Virus record (IMG/VR): IMGVR_UViG_2606217117_000008 | Reading direction: 5' to 3' (one strand) | Length of the DNA: 14,408 nucleotides | Source of the DNA: a virus | Taxonomy: Duplodnaviria > Heunggongvirae > Uroviricota > Caudoviricetes | Part shown: positions 7,190-14,408 of the stretch, piece after piece | Numbering within the stretch: position 1 is the stretch's first letter | How the letters are laid out: every line of letters starts with the position of its first letter | Made by a program: the position numbers and the translations under genes | Notes under the pieces: generated by a model | The model's input: only the letters and a program-made list of their open reading frames with translations | Told to the model about the DNA's origin: nothing | Databases searched by the model: none

Positions 7190-9722
7190 TCTTGTTATTG
7201 ACCTTAGTCTGGATGCTGTCCGTTTCGATGAGCAGATGAGCCGGGTAAGGCGTCATTTTTCAGGTCTGGATACCGACGCCAGAAAAACCGCCAGTGCTGT
7301 TGAACAGGGCCTGAGCCGCCAGGCGCTGGCTGCACAAAAAGCCGGGATTTCCGTCGGGCAGTATAAAGCGGCCATGCGAACCCTGCCCGCACAGTTTACG
7401 GATATCGCCACGCAGCTTGCCGGTGGTCAGAATCCCTGGCTCATCCTGCTGCAACAGGGCGGTCAGGTGAAGGACTCCTTCGGCGGGATGATCCCCATGT
7501 TCAGGGGGCTTGCCGGTGCGATCACCCTGCCGATGGTCGGGGTCACCTCGCTGGCGGTGGCGACAGGTGCGCTGGTGTACGCCTGGTACCAGGGAGATTC
7601 CACGCTTTCAGCGTTTAATAAAACCCTGGTTCTTTCCGGTAATCAGTCCGGACTGACTGCCGATCGTATGCTGACTCTCTCAAGAGCCGGGCAGGCAGCA
7701 GGGCTGACGTTTAACCAGGCGAGAGAGTCACTGGCAGCCCTGGTGAATGCCGGTGTGCGTGGTGGTGAACAGTTTGATGCCATCAACCAGAGTGTCGCGC
7801 GTTTTGCGTCTGCATCCGGTGTGGAGGTGGATAAAGTCGCTGAAGCCTTCGGGAAGCTGACCACTGACCCGACGTCGGGACTGATGGCGATGGCGCGCCA
7901 GTTCCGTAACGTGACGGCAGAGCAGATTGCGTATGTTGCACAGCTGCAGCGTTCCGGAGACGAGGCCGGGGCATTGCAGGCGGCGAACGATATCGCCACG
8001 AAAGGCTTTGATGAGCAGACCCGTCGCCTGAAAGAAAACATGGGAACACTGGAGACCTGGGCGGATAAAACAGGGAAGGCATTCAAATCGATGTGGGATG
8101 CCATTCTGGATATCGGTCGTCCTGAATCCTCAGCGGATATGCTCGCCAGTGCGCAGAAGGCATTTGATGAGGCGGATAAAAAATGGCAGTGGTACCAGAG
8201 CCGGAGCCAGCGCCGGGGAAAGACCTCCTCTTTTCGTGCGAACCTTCAGGGGGCATGGGATGACCGGGAAAATGCCCGTCTGGGTCTGGCAGCGGCCACG
8301 CTGCAGTCGGATATGGAAAAAGCCGGTGAACTGGCGGCAAGGGACCGGGCTGAGCGTGAGGCGTCACAGCTGAAGTATACCGGAGAGGCGCAGAAGGCGT
8401 ATGAGCGCCTGCAGACGCCGCTGGATAAATATACCGCCCGTCAGAAAGAGCTGAATAAGGCCCTGAAAGACGGAAAAATCCTGCAGGCGGATTACAACAC
8501 GCTGATGGCGTCGGCAAAAAAGGATTATGAATCGACGCTGAAAAAGCCGTCAGGTGTGAAGGTGTCTGCCGGTGAGCGCCAGGAAGACCGGGCGCATGCA
8601 GCCATGCTGGCGCTTGAAACCGAGCTCAGGACGCTGGAAAAACACAGCGGTGTGAATGAGAAAATCAGCCAGCAGCGCCGGGATTTATGGGAAGCGGAAA
8701 ATCAGTATGTGGTCCTGAAAGAGGCCGCCACGAAACGGCAGTTATCTGAGCAGGAAAAATCCCTGCTGGCCCATGAGAAAGAAACGCTGGAGTACAAACG
8801 CCAGCTGGCTGAGCTGGGCGACAAGATAGAACACCAGAAGCGGCTGAATGAGCTGGCACAGCAGGCGGCGCGGTTTGAGCAGCAGCAGAGCGCAAAAGCC
8901 CGCGGCCTCACTGACCGTCAGGCGCAGCGGGAGTCGGAAGAGCAGCGCCTTCGTGAGGTGTACGGTGATAATCCGGCTGCGCTGGCGAAGGCCACATCGG
9001 CACTGAAGAACACCTGGTCTGCGGAGGAGCAGCTTCGTGGAAGCTGGATGGCCGGGATGAAGTCCGGCTGGGGCGAGTGGGCGGAAAGTGCGACGGACAG
9101 TTTTTCGCAGGTTAAAAACGCGGCCACGCAGACCTTTGACGGTATTGCACAGAATATGGCGGCGATGCTGACCGGCAGTGAGCAGAACTGGCGTGGTTTC
9201 ACCCGTTCCGTGCTCTCCATGCTGACAGAGATTTTTCTGAAGCAGGCAATGGTGGGGATTGTCGGAAGTATCGGCAGCGCCATTGGCGGGGCTGTTGGTG
9301 GGGGCGCATCCGCGTCAGGCGGTACAGCCATTCAGGCAGCTGCGGCGAAATTCCATTTTGCGACCGGAGGATTTACGGGAACCGGCGGCAAATATGAACC
9401 TGCGGGGATTGTTCATCGCGGGGAGTTTGTCTTCACGAAGGAGGCGACCAGCCGGATTGGTGTCGGCAATCTGTACCGCCTGATGCGGGGCTATGCGGAA
9501 GGTGGTTATGTCGGCGGTGCCGGAAGTCCGGCGCAGATGCGGCGGGCGGGAGGCATTAATTTTAATCAGAACAATCACGTGGTGATTCAGAACGACGGCC
9601 CCAACGGGCGGGCAGGGCCGCAGCTGATGAAAGCGGTGTATGAGATGGCCCGCAAGGGGGCACAGGATGAACTCCGGCTGCAGTTGCGTGATGGCGGTAT
9701 GTTATCAGGGAGCGGTGGATGA
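7170..9722 (+). CDS. H: Tail tape measure protein H, 850 aa
   Basis: Extensive match to lambda gpH across the length (MS.PVGDLV.DLSLDA.RFDEQM.RVRRHFSG… GISVGQYKAAMR.LPAQFTD…GGMIPMFRGLAGAITLPMVG… C-terminal GGASASGGTAIQAAAAKFHFATGGFTGTGGKYEPAGIVHRGEFVFTKEATSRIGVGNLYRLMRGYA). Start overlaps the end of T. Confidence 0.95.
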   Translation: MSQPVGDLVIDLSLDAVRFDEQMSRVRRHFSGLDTDARKTASAVEQGLSRQALAAQKAGISVGQYKAAMRTLPAQFTDIATQLAGGQNPWLILLQQGGQVKDSFGGMIPMFRGLAGAITLPMVGVTSLAVATGALVYAWYQGDSTLSAFNKTLVLSGNQSGLTADRMLTLSRAGQAAGLTFNQARESLAALVNAGVRGGEQFDAINQSVARFASASGVEVDKVAEAFGKLTTDPTSGLMAMARQFRNVTAEQIAYVAQLQRSGDEAGALQAANDIATKGFDEQTRRLKENMGTLETWADKTGKAFKSMWDAILDIGRPESSADMLASAQKAFDEADKKWQWYQSRSQRRGKTSSFRANLQGAWDDRENARLGLAAATLQSDMEKAGELAARDRAEREASQLKYTGEAQKAYERLQTPLDKYTARQKELNKALKDGKILQADYNTLMASAKKDYESTLKKPSGVKVSAGERQEDRAHAAMLALETELRTLEKHSGVNEKISQQRRDLWEAENQYVVLKEAATKRQLSEQEKSLLAHEKETLEYKRQLAELGDKIEHQKRLNELAQQAARFEQQQSAKARGLTDRQAQRESEEQRLREVYGDNPAALAKATSALKNTWSAEEQLRGSWMAGMKSGWGEWAESATDSFSQVKNAATQTFDGIAQNMAAMLTGSEQNWRGFTRSVLSMLTEIFLKQAMVGIVGSIGSAIGGAVGGGASASGGTAIQAAAAKFHFATGGFTGTGGKYEPAGIVHRGEFVFTKEATSRIGVGNLYRLMRGYAEGGYVGGAGSPAQMRRAGGINFNQNNHVVIQNDGPNGRAGPQLMKAVYEMARKGAQDELRLQLRDGGMLSGSGG

Positions 9723-10048
9723 AAACCTTTCGCTGGAAAGTGAAGCCGGATATGGAGGTGAACTCGCAGCCATCGGTGCGTGAAGTGCGTTTTGGTTACG
9801 GGTACTCACAGCGTATGGCGGCAGGGCTGAATGCTGACCTGAAAACATACAGGGTGACGCTTTCCGTGACCCGGGAGGAGGCCCGGCATCTGGAAGCGTT
9901 CCTGGCAGAGCACGGTGGCTGGAAGGCATTTTTGTGGAAGCCACCCTATGCATACCGGCAGATAAAGGTGACCTGTGCCGGGTGGTCTGCGCGGGTCGGG
10001 ATGTTGCGCGTTGAGTTCAGCGCGGAGTTTAAGCAGGTGGTGAACTGA
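9719..10048 (+). CDS. M: Minor tail protein M, 109 aa
   Basis: Matches lambda gpM (MKTFRWKVKP.M.V.S.PSVR.VRFG.GYSQR…LN.LKTY.VTLSV.REEA…FL.EHGGWK.FLW.PPY…QIKVTCA.WS.RV.MLRVEFSAEF.QVVN). ATGA overlap with the H stop. Confidence 0.95.
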   Translation: MKTFRWKVKPDMEVNSQPSVREVRFGYGYSQRMAAGLNADLKTYRVTLSVTREEARHLEAFLAEHGGWKAFLWKPPYAYRQIKVTCAGWSARVGMLRVEFSAEFKQVVN

Positions 10049-10746
10049 TGCAGGATATTCGCGAAGAAAGTCTGAACGAGTCGGTTAAGTCAGAGCAGTC
10101 ACCGCGGGTGGTACTCTGGGAAATCGACCTGACGGTGCAGGGCGGTGAGCGGTATTTTTTCTGCAATGAGCTGAATGAAAAAGGGGAGCCGGTGACCTGG
10201 CAGGGGCGTGAATATCAGGCGTACCCGATTGAGGGGAGTGGCTTTGAGATGAACGGGAAGGGCAGCAGTGCCAGACCATCGCTGACGGTGTCCAATCTGT
10301 TTGGTCTGGTCACCGGGATGGCGGAAGACCTGCAGAGTCTGGTGGGGGCCACGGTGGTCCGCCGCCGGGTGTATGCCCGTTTTCTGGATGCGGTGAATTT
10401 CGTTGCGGGCAATCCGGAGGCGGACCCGGAGCAGGAGCTGAGTGACCGCTGGGTGGTGGAGCAGATGTCGCAGCTGACAGCCATGACGGCCTCGTTTGTG
10501 CTGGCTACACCGACCGAGACGGACGGGGCGCTGTTTCCCGGTCGCATCATGCTGGCGAACACCTGTATGTGGGATTACCGGGGAGATGAATGCGGGTATA
10601 ACGGTCCTGCGGTGGCGGATGAGTTCGACAACCCCACCACGGATATCCGTAAGGACAGATGCAGCAAGTGCATGCGCGGGTGTGAACTGCGCAGGAATGT
10701 CGGCAATTTTGGCGGTTTCCTTTCCATTAATAAACTTTCGCAGTAA
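10048..10746 (+). CDS. L: Minor tail protein L, 232 aa
   Basis: Matches lambda gpL (MQDIR.E.LNE…VVLWEIDLT..GGERYFFCNE.NEKGEPVTWQGR.YQ.YPI.GSGFE.NGKG…CSKC…NVGNFGGFLSINKLSQ). TGATG overlap with the M stop. Confidence 0.95.
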   Translation: MQDIREESLNESVKSEQSPRVVLWEIDLTVQGGERYFFCNELNEKGEPVTWQGREYQAYPIEGSGFEMNGKGSSARPSLTVSNLFGLVTGMAEDLQSLVGATVVRRRVYARFLDAVNFVAGNPEADPEQELSDRWVVEQMSQLTAMTASFVLATPTETDGALFPGRIMLANTCMWDYRGDECGYNGPAVADEFDNPTTDIRKDRCSKCMRGCELRRNVGNFGGFLSINKLSQ

Positions 10747-10756
10747 ATCCCGGTTT

Positions 10757-11500
10757 ATGACACAGACTGAATCAGCGATTCTGGCGCATGCCCGGCGGTG
10801 TGCGCCTGCGGAGTCGTGCGGCTTCGTGATAAGCACGCCGGAGGGGGAGTGGTATATCCCTTGTGTGAATATTTCTGCAGAGCCGGAGGCGTATTTTCGT
10901 ATCGCACCGGAAGACTGGCTGCGGGCAGAGATGCAGGGGGAGATTGTGGCACTGGTCCACAGTCATCCCGGTGGGCTGCCCTGGCTGAGCGAGGCTGACC
11001 GGCGGCTGCAGATAAAAAGCGCACTGCCCTGGTGGCTGGTCTGCCGGGGTGACATTCACAAATTCCGCTGTGTGCCACATCTGACAGGACGGCGCTTTGA
11101 GCACGGGGTGACGGACTGTTACACGCTGTTCCGGGATGCTTATCATCTGGCGGGGACTGAGATGCCGGATTTTCATCGCGAGGATGACTGGTGGCGCAAC
11201 GGTCAGAACCTTTACCTGGACAATATGGCGGTCACCGGCTTTTACCGGGTGCCCCTGTCCTCTGCACAGGCGGGCGATATTCTGCTGTGCTGCTTTGGTG
11301 CTTCGGTACCGAACCATGCCGCCATTTACTGCGGCAACGGTGAGCTGCTTCACCATCTGCCTGAACAACTGAGTAAACGGGAGAGGTATTCCGAAAAATG
11401 GCAACGACGAACGCATTCAGTCTGGCGTCACCGCCACTGGCACGCATCTGCCTTCACGGGGATTTACAACGATTTGGCCGCCGCCTCAGCCTGTATGTGA
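10757..11500 (+). CDS. K: Tail tip assembly protein K (JAB/MPN-like plus NlpC/P60-like regions), 247 aa
   Basis: ATG at 10757, 10 nt after the L stop and in frame with track ORF 10496..11500; the upstream track start lies inside L and is rejected. Conserved motifs …CAPAESCGFVISTPEGE.YIPCVNISAEPE…EIVALVHSHPGG…WWLVCRG… and position between L and I. The 3' end overlaps I in another frame. Confidence 0.85.
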   Translation: MTQTESAILAHARRCAPAESCGFVISTPEGEWYIPCVNISAEPEAYFRIAPEDWLRAEMQGEIVALVHSHPGGLPWLSEADRRLQIKSALPWWLVCRGDIHKFRCVPHLTGRRFEHGVTDCYTLFRDAYHLAGTEMPDFHREDDWWRNGQNLYLDNMAVTGFYRVPLSSAQAGDILLCCFGASVPNHAAIYCGNGELLHHLPEQLSKRERYSEKWQRRTHSVWRHRHWHASAFTGIYNDLAAASACM

Positions 11501-12078
11501 ACACGGCAGCGGAAGCCATTCGCGCCCTGTCGATGCAGATGCCGGGCTTTCGCCGTCAGATGAACGAAGGCTGGTACCAGATACGTATTGCCGGTTATGA
11601 CACGGCACCGGAGGCGGTGTACGCCCGTCTTCACGAACAGCTGGGTGAGGGAACGGTCATCCACATTGTGCCGCGACTGGCCGGGGCCGGAAAGGGTGGA
11701 CTGCAGATTGTGCTGGGGGCGGCAGCCATCGTGGGCTCTTTCTTCACTGCCGGGGCATCAATGGCGTTATGGGGTTCAGCCCTGGCAGCCGGTGGTTTTT
11801 CTGCCACCACGATGCTGTTTTCACTTGGAGCCAGCATGATTCTGGGCGGTGTGGCCCAGATGCTGGCCCCGAAGGCAAAAACACCGGATTACCGCGCAAC
11901 GGATAACGGCAGACAGAACACGTACTTTTCCTCACTGGATAACATGATTGCCCAGGGGAACCCGATGCCGGTGCCTTACGGGGAAATGCTGGTTGGCTCC
12001 CGCCGTATATCCCAGGACATCAGCACCCGTGATGAAGGCGGGGGCGGAAAGGTCGTGGTTATCGGGCGGCAGGGGTAA
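11398..12078 (+). CDS. I: Tail tip assembly protein I, 226 aa
   Basis: Matches lambda gpI (…LASP..ARICL.GDLQRFGRR…AEAIRAL..Q.P.FR……IHIVPR.AGA..GG.QIVLGAAAI.GSFFTAGA…LFSLGASM.LGGVAQMLAPKA.TP…TDNG.QNTYFSSLDNM.AQGN…VVVIGR). Confidence 0.9.
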   Translation: MATTNAFSLASPPLARICLHGDLQRFGRRLSLYVNTAAEAIRALSMQMPGFRRQMNEGWYQIRIAGYDTAPEAVYARLHEQLGEGTVIHIVPRLAGAGKGGLQIVLGAAAIVGSFFTAGASMALWGSALAAGGFSATTMLFSLGASMILGGVAQMLAPKAKTPDYRATDNGRQNTYFSSLDNMIAQGNPMPVPYGEMLVGSRRISQDISTRDEGGGGKVVVIGRQG

Positions 12079-12085
12079 AAAGAAT

Positions 12086-12123
12086 AAAAAAATCCCGCAG
12101 TGATCGCGGACAGGAACTGCGGG
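12086..12123 (-). terminator. Hairpin plus U7 tract acting as an intrinsic terminator for - strand transcription
   Basis: Stem CCCGCAG/CTGCGGG (12094-12100 with 12117-12123) and a 16-nt loop. On the - strand it is followed by A then TTTTTTT (12092..12086). On the + strand no T-tract follows, so the signal is specific to the - strand. Confidence 0.4.
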
Positions 12124-12182
12124 AGAGTTACGAAGATTAAGTGTAAGGAATTATTCTTATATCACGACAAAAAAATTAACGC
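12086..12182 (-). ncRNA. Candidate ~95-nt small RNA on the - strand in the I-J intergenic insert (prediction only)
   Basis: On the - strand: -35 TTCACA (12216..12211), 16-bp spacer, -10 TATAAT (12194..12189), predicted start ~12182. About 55 nt of AU-rich sequence is followed by a hairpin (CCCGCAG, 16-nt loop, CTGCGGG; 12123..12094) and A+UUUUUUU (12093..12086). No plausible ORF in the transcript. Confidence 0.3.
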
Positions 12183-12188
12183 AGAGAA

Positions 12189-12216
12189 ATTATACGCGCC
12201 ACAGTCAGTTTGTGAA
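12189..12216 (-). promoter_or_regulatory. Near-consensus sigma70 promoter on the - strand (TTCACA, 16 bp, TATAAT), transcribing away from J toward I
   Basis: + strand attata at 12189-12194 is TATAAT on the - strand; + strand tgtgaa at 12211-12216 is TTCACA on the - strand. 16-bp spacer, in an AT-rich intergenic insert. Confidence 0.45.
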
Positions 12217-12287
12217 AATGTGAAGATATTCAGAATTTTTATGCCATTACCGGTTTTAACCAACAGGATTATCGGTGGGCATGAAAG

Positions 12288-12324
12288 AAAACCCCGGTAT
12301 CTGCTGATACCGGGGTTTCTCTTT
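12288..12324. terminator. Strong perfect hairpin (AAACCCCGGTATC tgct GATACCGGGGTTT) flanked by U-rich tracts on both strands; possible bidirectional terminator
   Basis: 13-bp perfect inverted repeat with a 4-nt loop. The + strand follows it with TTTCTCTTT and the - strand with TTTTCTTTC. Lies inside the AT-rich I-J insert, ~100 bp upstream of the J start. Confidence 0.45.
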
Positions 12325-12421
12325 AGCATGGCAGAAATGTGTTTCATGCTTTTCGGGCGAAGGATATCCGACTTCTGTACGGAATGGCAAGTGGCGGTTA
12401 ATTTATTCAGGGGAAGGCTGT

Positions 12422-14408
12422 ATGGGAAAAGGTGGCGGTAAGGCACACACGCCTCGTGAGGCGAAGGATAATCTCAAATCCACGCAGATGATGAGTGTGA
12501 TTGATGCGATTGGTGAGGGACCGATAGAAGGCCCGGTGAAGGGACTGCAGAGTATCCTGGTGAACAAAACCCCGCTGACGGACACGGACGGTAATCCCGT
12601 GATACACGGTGTGACCGCGGTCTGGCGTGCCGGGGAGCAGGAGCAGACACCACCGGAAGGCTTTGAGTCCTCCGGAGCTGAAACCGGACTGGGCGTGGAA
12701 GTGACGAAGGCAAAACCGGTGACGCGCACCATTACGTCCGCGAACATTGACCGCCTGCGGGTTACCTTCGGGGTGCAGTCACTGGTGGAGACCACCTCAA
12801 AGGGTGACCGTAACCCGGCATCCGTCCGCCTGCTGATTCAGTTACAGCGTAACGGTAACTGGGTGACAGAAAAGGACGTCACCATTAACGGCAAGACCAC
12901 CTCACAGTTCCTGGCCTCGGTGATTCTGGATAATCTGCCTCCCCGGCCCTTTAACATCCGGATGGTCAGGGAGACGGCGGACAGCACCACGGACCAGCTG
13001 CAGAATAAGACGCTGTGGTCGTCATACACCGAAATCATCGATGTGAAACAGTGCTACCCGAACACGGCCATTGTGGGGCTGCAGGTGGATGCGGAGCAGT
13101 TCGGCGGCCAGCAGATGACGGTGAACTACCATATCCGCGGTCGCATCATCCAGGTGCCGTCAAACTATGACCCGGAAAAACGCACGTACAGTGGTATCTG
13201 GGACGGCAGCCTGAAACCGGCATACAGCAACAACCCGGCCTGGTGTCTGTGGGACATGCTGACTCACCCGCGCTACGGCATGGGAAAACGTCTGGGGGCG
13301 GCGGATGTGGACAAGTGGGCGCTGTATGCCATCGGGCAGTACTGCGACCAGACGGTCCCGGATGGTTTCGGGGGGACCGAGCCGCGGATGACCTTTAATG
13401 CGTACCTGGCACAACAGCGTAAGGCGTGGGACGTTCTCAGTGATTTCTGCTCGGCGATGCGCTGTATGCCGGTATGGAACGGCCAGACGCTGACGTTCGT
13501 TCAGGACCGTCCGTCGGATGTGGTGTGGCCGTACACCAACAGCGATGTGGTGGTGGATGATAACGGCGTGGGGTTCCGCTACAGCTTCAGTGCCCTGAAG
13601 GACCGGCACACGGCGGTGGAGGTGAATTACACCGACCCGCAGAACGGCTGGCAGACCTCCACGGAACTGGTGGAAGACCCGGAAGCCATACTGCGCTACG
13701 GACGCAACCTGCTGAAGATGGACGCGTTCGGCTGTACCAGCCGCGGTCAGGCCCACCGTGCCGGACTGTGGGTGATAAAGACCGAACTGCTGGAAACGCA
13801 GACGGTGGATTTCACGCTCGGGTCTCAGGGGCTGCGGCACACACCCGGTGACATCATTGAAATCTGTGATAACGACTATGCCGGGACCCTGACCGGCGGA
13901 CGTGTCCTGTCCATTGATGCTGCCACCCGCACCCTGACGCTGGACCGTGAAGTGACACTTCCGGAGACCGGTGCCGCCACGGTGAACCTGATTAACGGCA
14001 GCGGTAAGCCGGTGAGTGTGGACATCACCGAACACCCCGCGCCGGACCGGATACAGGTCAGTACCCTGCCTGATGGTGTGGAGACATACGGGGTGTGGGG
14101 ACTCTCCCTGCCGTCACTGCGCCGTCGCCTGTTCCGCTGTGTCTCCGTCCGGGAAAACACGGACGGCACCTTTGCCATCACGGCGGTGCAGCACGTACCG
14201 GAAAAAGAAGCCATCGTGGATAACGGTGCCCGCTTTGAGCCGCAGTCAGGTTCCCTGAACAGCGTCATCCCACCGGCAGTGCAGCACCTGACGGTGGAGG
14301 TGAGCGCAGCTGACGGACAGTATCTGGCGCAGGCGAAATGGGACACGCCGCGGGTGGTGAAGGGTGTGCGCTTCAGTCTGCGCCTGACCAGTGGTAAGGG
14401 AACGGATG
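12422..14408 (+). CDS. J: Tail tip/host-specificity protein J, N-terminal ~662 codons (gene continues past the right edge)
   Basis: ATG at 12422 preceded by GGGGAAGG. MGKGGGKAHTPREAKDNLKSTQMMSVIDAIGEGPIEGPV… and downstream segments (…WSSYTEIIDVKQCYPNTA…SNNPAWCLWDMLTHPRYGMGKRLGAADVDKWALY…DAFGCTSRGQAHRAGLW.IKTELLETQTVDF…) are colinear with lambda gpJ. No stop before 14408. Confidence 0.95.
   Translation, partial: MGKGGGKAHTPREAKDNLKSTQMMSVIDAIGEGPIEGPVKGLQSILVNKTPLTDTDGNPVIHGVTAVWRAGEQEQTPPEGFESSGAETGLGVEVTKAKPVTRTITSANIDRLRVTFGVQSLVETTSKGDRNPASVRLLIQLQRNGNWVTEKDVTINGKTTSQFLASVILDNLPPRPFNIRMVRETADSTTDQLQNKTLWSSYTEIIDVKQCYPNTAIVGLQVDAEQFGGQQMTVNYHIRGRIIQVPSNYDPEKRTYSGIWDGSLKPAYSNNPAWCLWDMLTHPRYGMGKRLGAADVDKWALYAIGQYCDQTVPDGFGGTEPRMTFNAYLAQQRKAWDVLSDFCSAMRCMPVWNGQTLTFVQDRPSDVVWPYTNSDVVVDDNGVGFRYSFSALKDRHTAVEVNYTDPQNGWQTSTELVEDPEAILRYGRNLLKMDAFGCTSRGQAHRAGLWVIKTELLETQTVDFTLGSQGLRHTPGDIIEICDNDYAGTLTGGRVLSIDAATRTLTLDREVTLPETGAATVNLINGSGKPVSVDITEHPAPDRIQVSTLPDGVETYGVWGLSLPSLRRRLFRCVSVRENTDGTFAITAVQHVPEKEAIVDNGARFEPQSGSLNSVIPPAVQHLTVEVSAADGQYLAQAKWDTPRVVKGVRFSLRLTSGKGTD

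Noticed and set aside
7643-9578. Several - strand and alternative-frame ORFs inside H (e.g. 8083..8517, 8918..9331)
   Set aside because: All are embedded in the continuous, lambda-gpH-colinear tape-measure frame and are Pro/Ala/Ser-rich artefacts of GC-rich sequence.
10496-10756. The upstream 87 codons of track ORF 10496..11500 as part of K
   Set aside because: This stretch lies entirely within gene L in another frame. Similarity to K-family proteins begins at the ATG at 10757, just downstream of the L stop.
10099-10836. - strand ORF of 245 aa antisense to L
   Set aside because: Opposite the conserved L coding sequence; Arg/His-rich product with no similarity to anything I recognise.
12100-12446. 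ORFs in the I-J insert: 12100..12441 (+, 113 aa) and 12162..12446 (-, 94 aa)
   Set aside because: Both run straight through the two strong hairpins and the promoter elements, lack ribosome-binding sites, are low-complexity, and overlap the J start. The segment is better explained as noncoding.
13160-14346. Long - strand ORFs antisense to J (13160..14035, 291 aa; 13876..14346, 156 aa)
   Set aside because: They lie opposite a strongly conserved J coding frame in GC-rich DNA and give Arg/Pro/His-rich low-complexity products, typical of spurious antisense ORFs.
1-14408. Search for CRISPR arrays, tRNA or rRNA genes, and Chi (GCTGGTGG) sites
   Set aside because: No regularly spaced direct repeats, no tRNA-like cloverleaf candidates and no exact Chi octamer found by eye; only near-matches such as ACTGGTGG.

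Overview
This window is the late (morphogenesis) operon of a lambda-like prophage from an enterobacterial (E. coli/Shigella-type) genome, all on the + strand in lambda gene order: C/Nu3 (head protease and scaffold), D, E, FI, FII, Z, U, V, G and G-T, H, M, L, K, I, and the 5' two-thirds of J. Assignments rest on recalled similarity of the translated ORFs to phage lambda proteins, not on a database search. The left ~980 bp is the end of an IS66-family insertion sequence on the - strand (tnpA, tnpB and the first 31 codons of tnpC), which appears to have cut off the 5' end of gene C, so the prophage is probably defective for head assembly. Other departures from lambda are a three-fold tandem repeat in the scaffold region of C/Nu3, an extra G in a G5 run that frameshifts the C-terminal end of V, and a 343-bp AT-rich insert between I and J. 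That insert has no convincing ORF but carries a near-consensus sigma70 promoter on the - strand and two hairpin/U-tract terminators, and is the best candidate here for an undescribed element (a moron encoding one or two small RNAs). Coordinates taken from the ORF track are exact; those I placed by hand (promoters, hairpins, internal starts, IS boundary) may be off by 1-2 nt.
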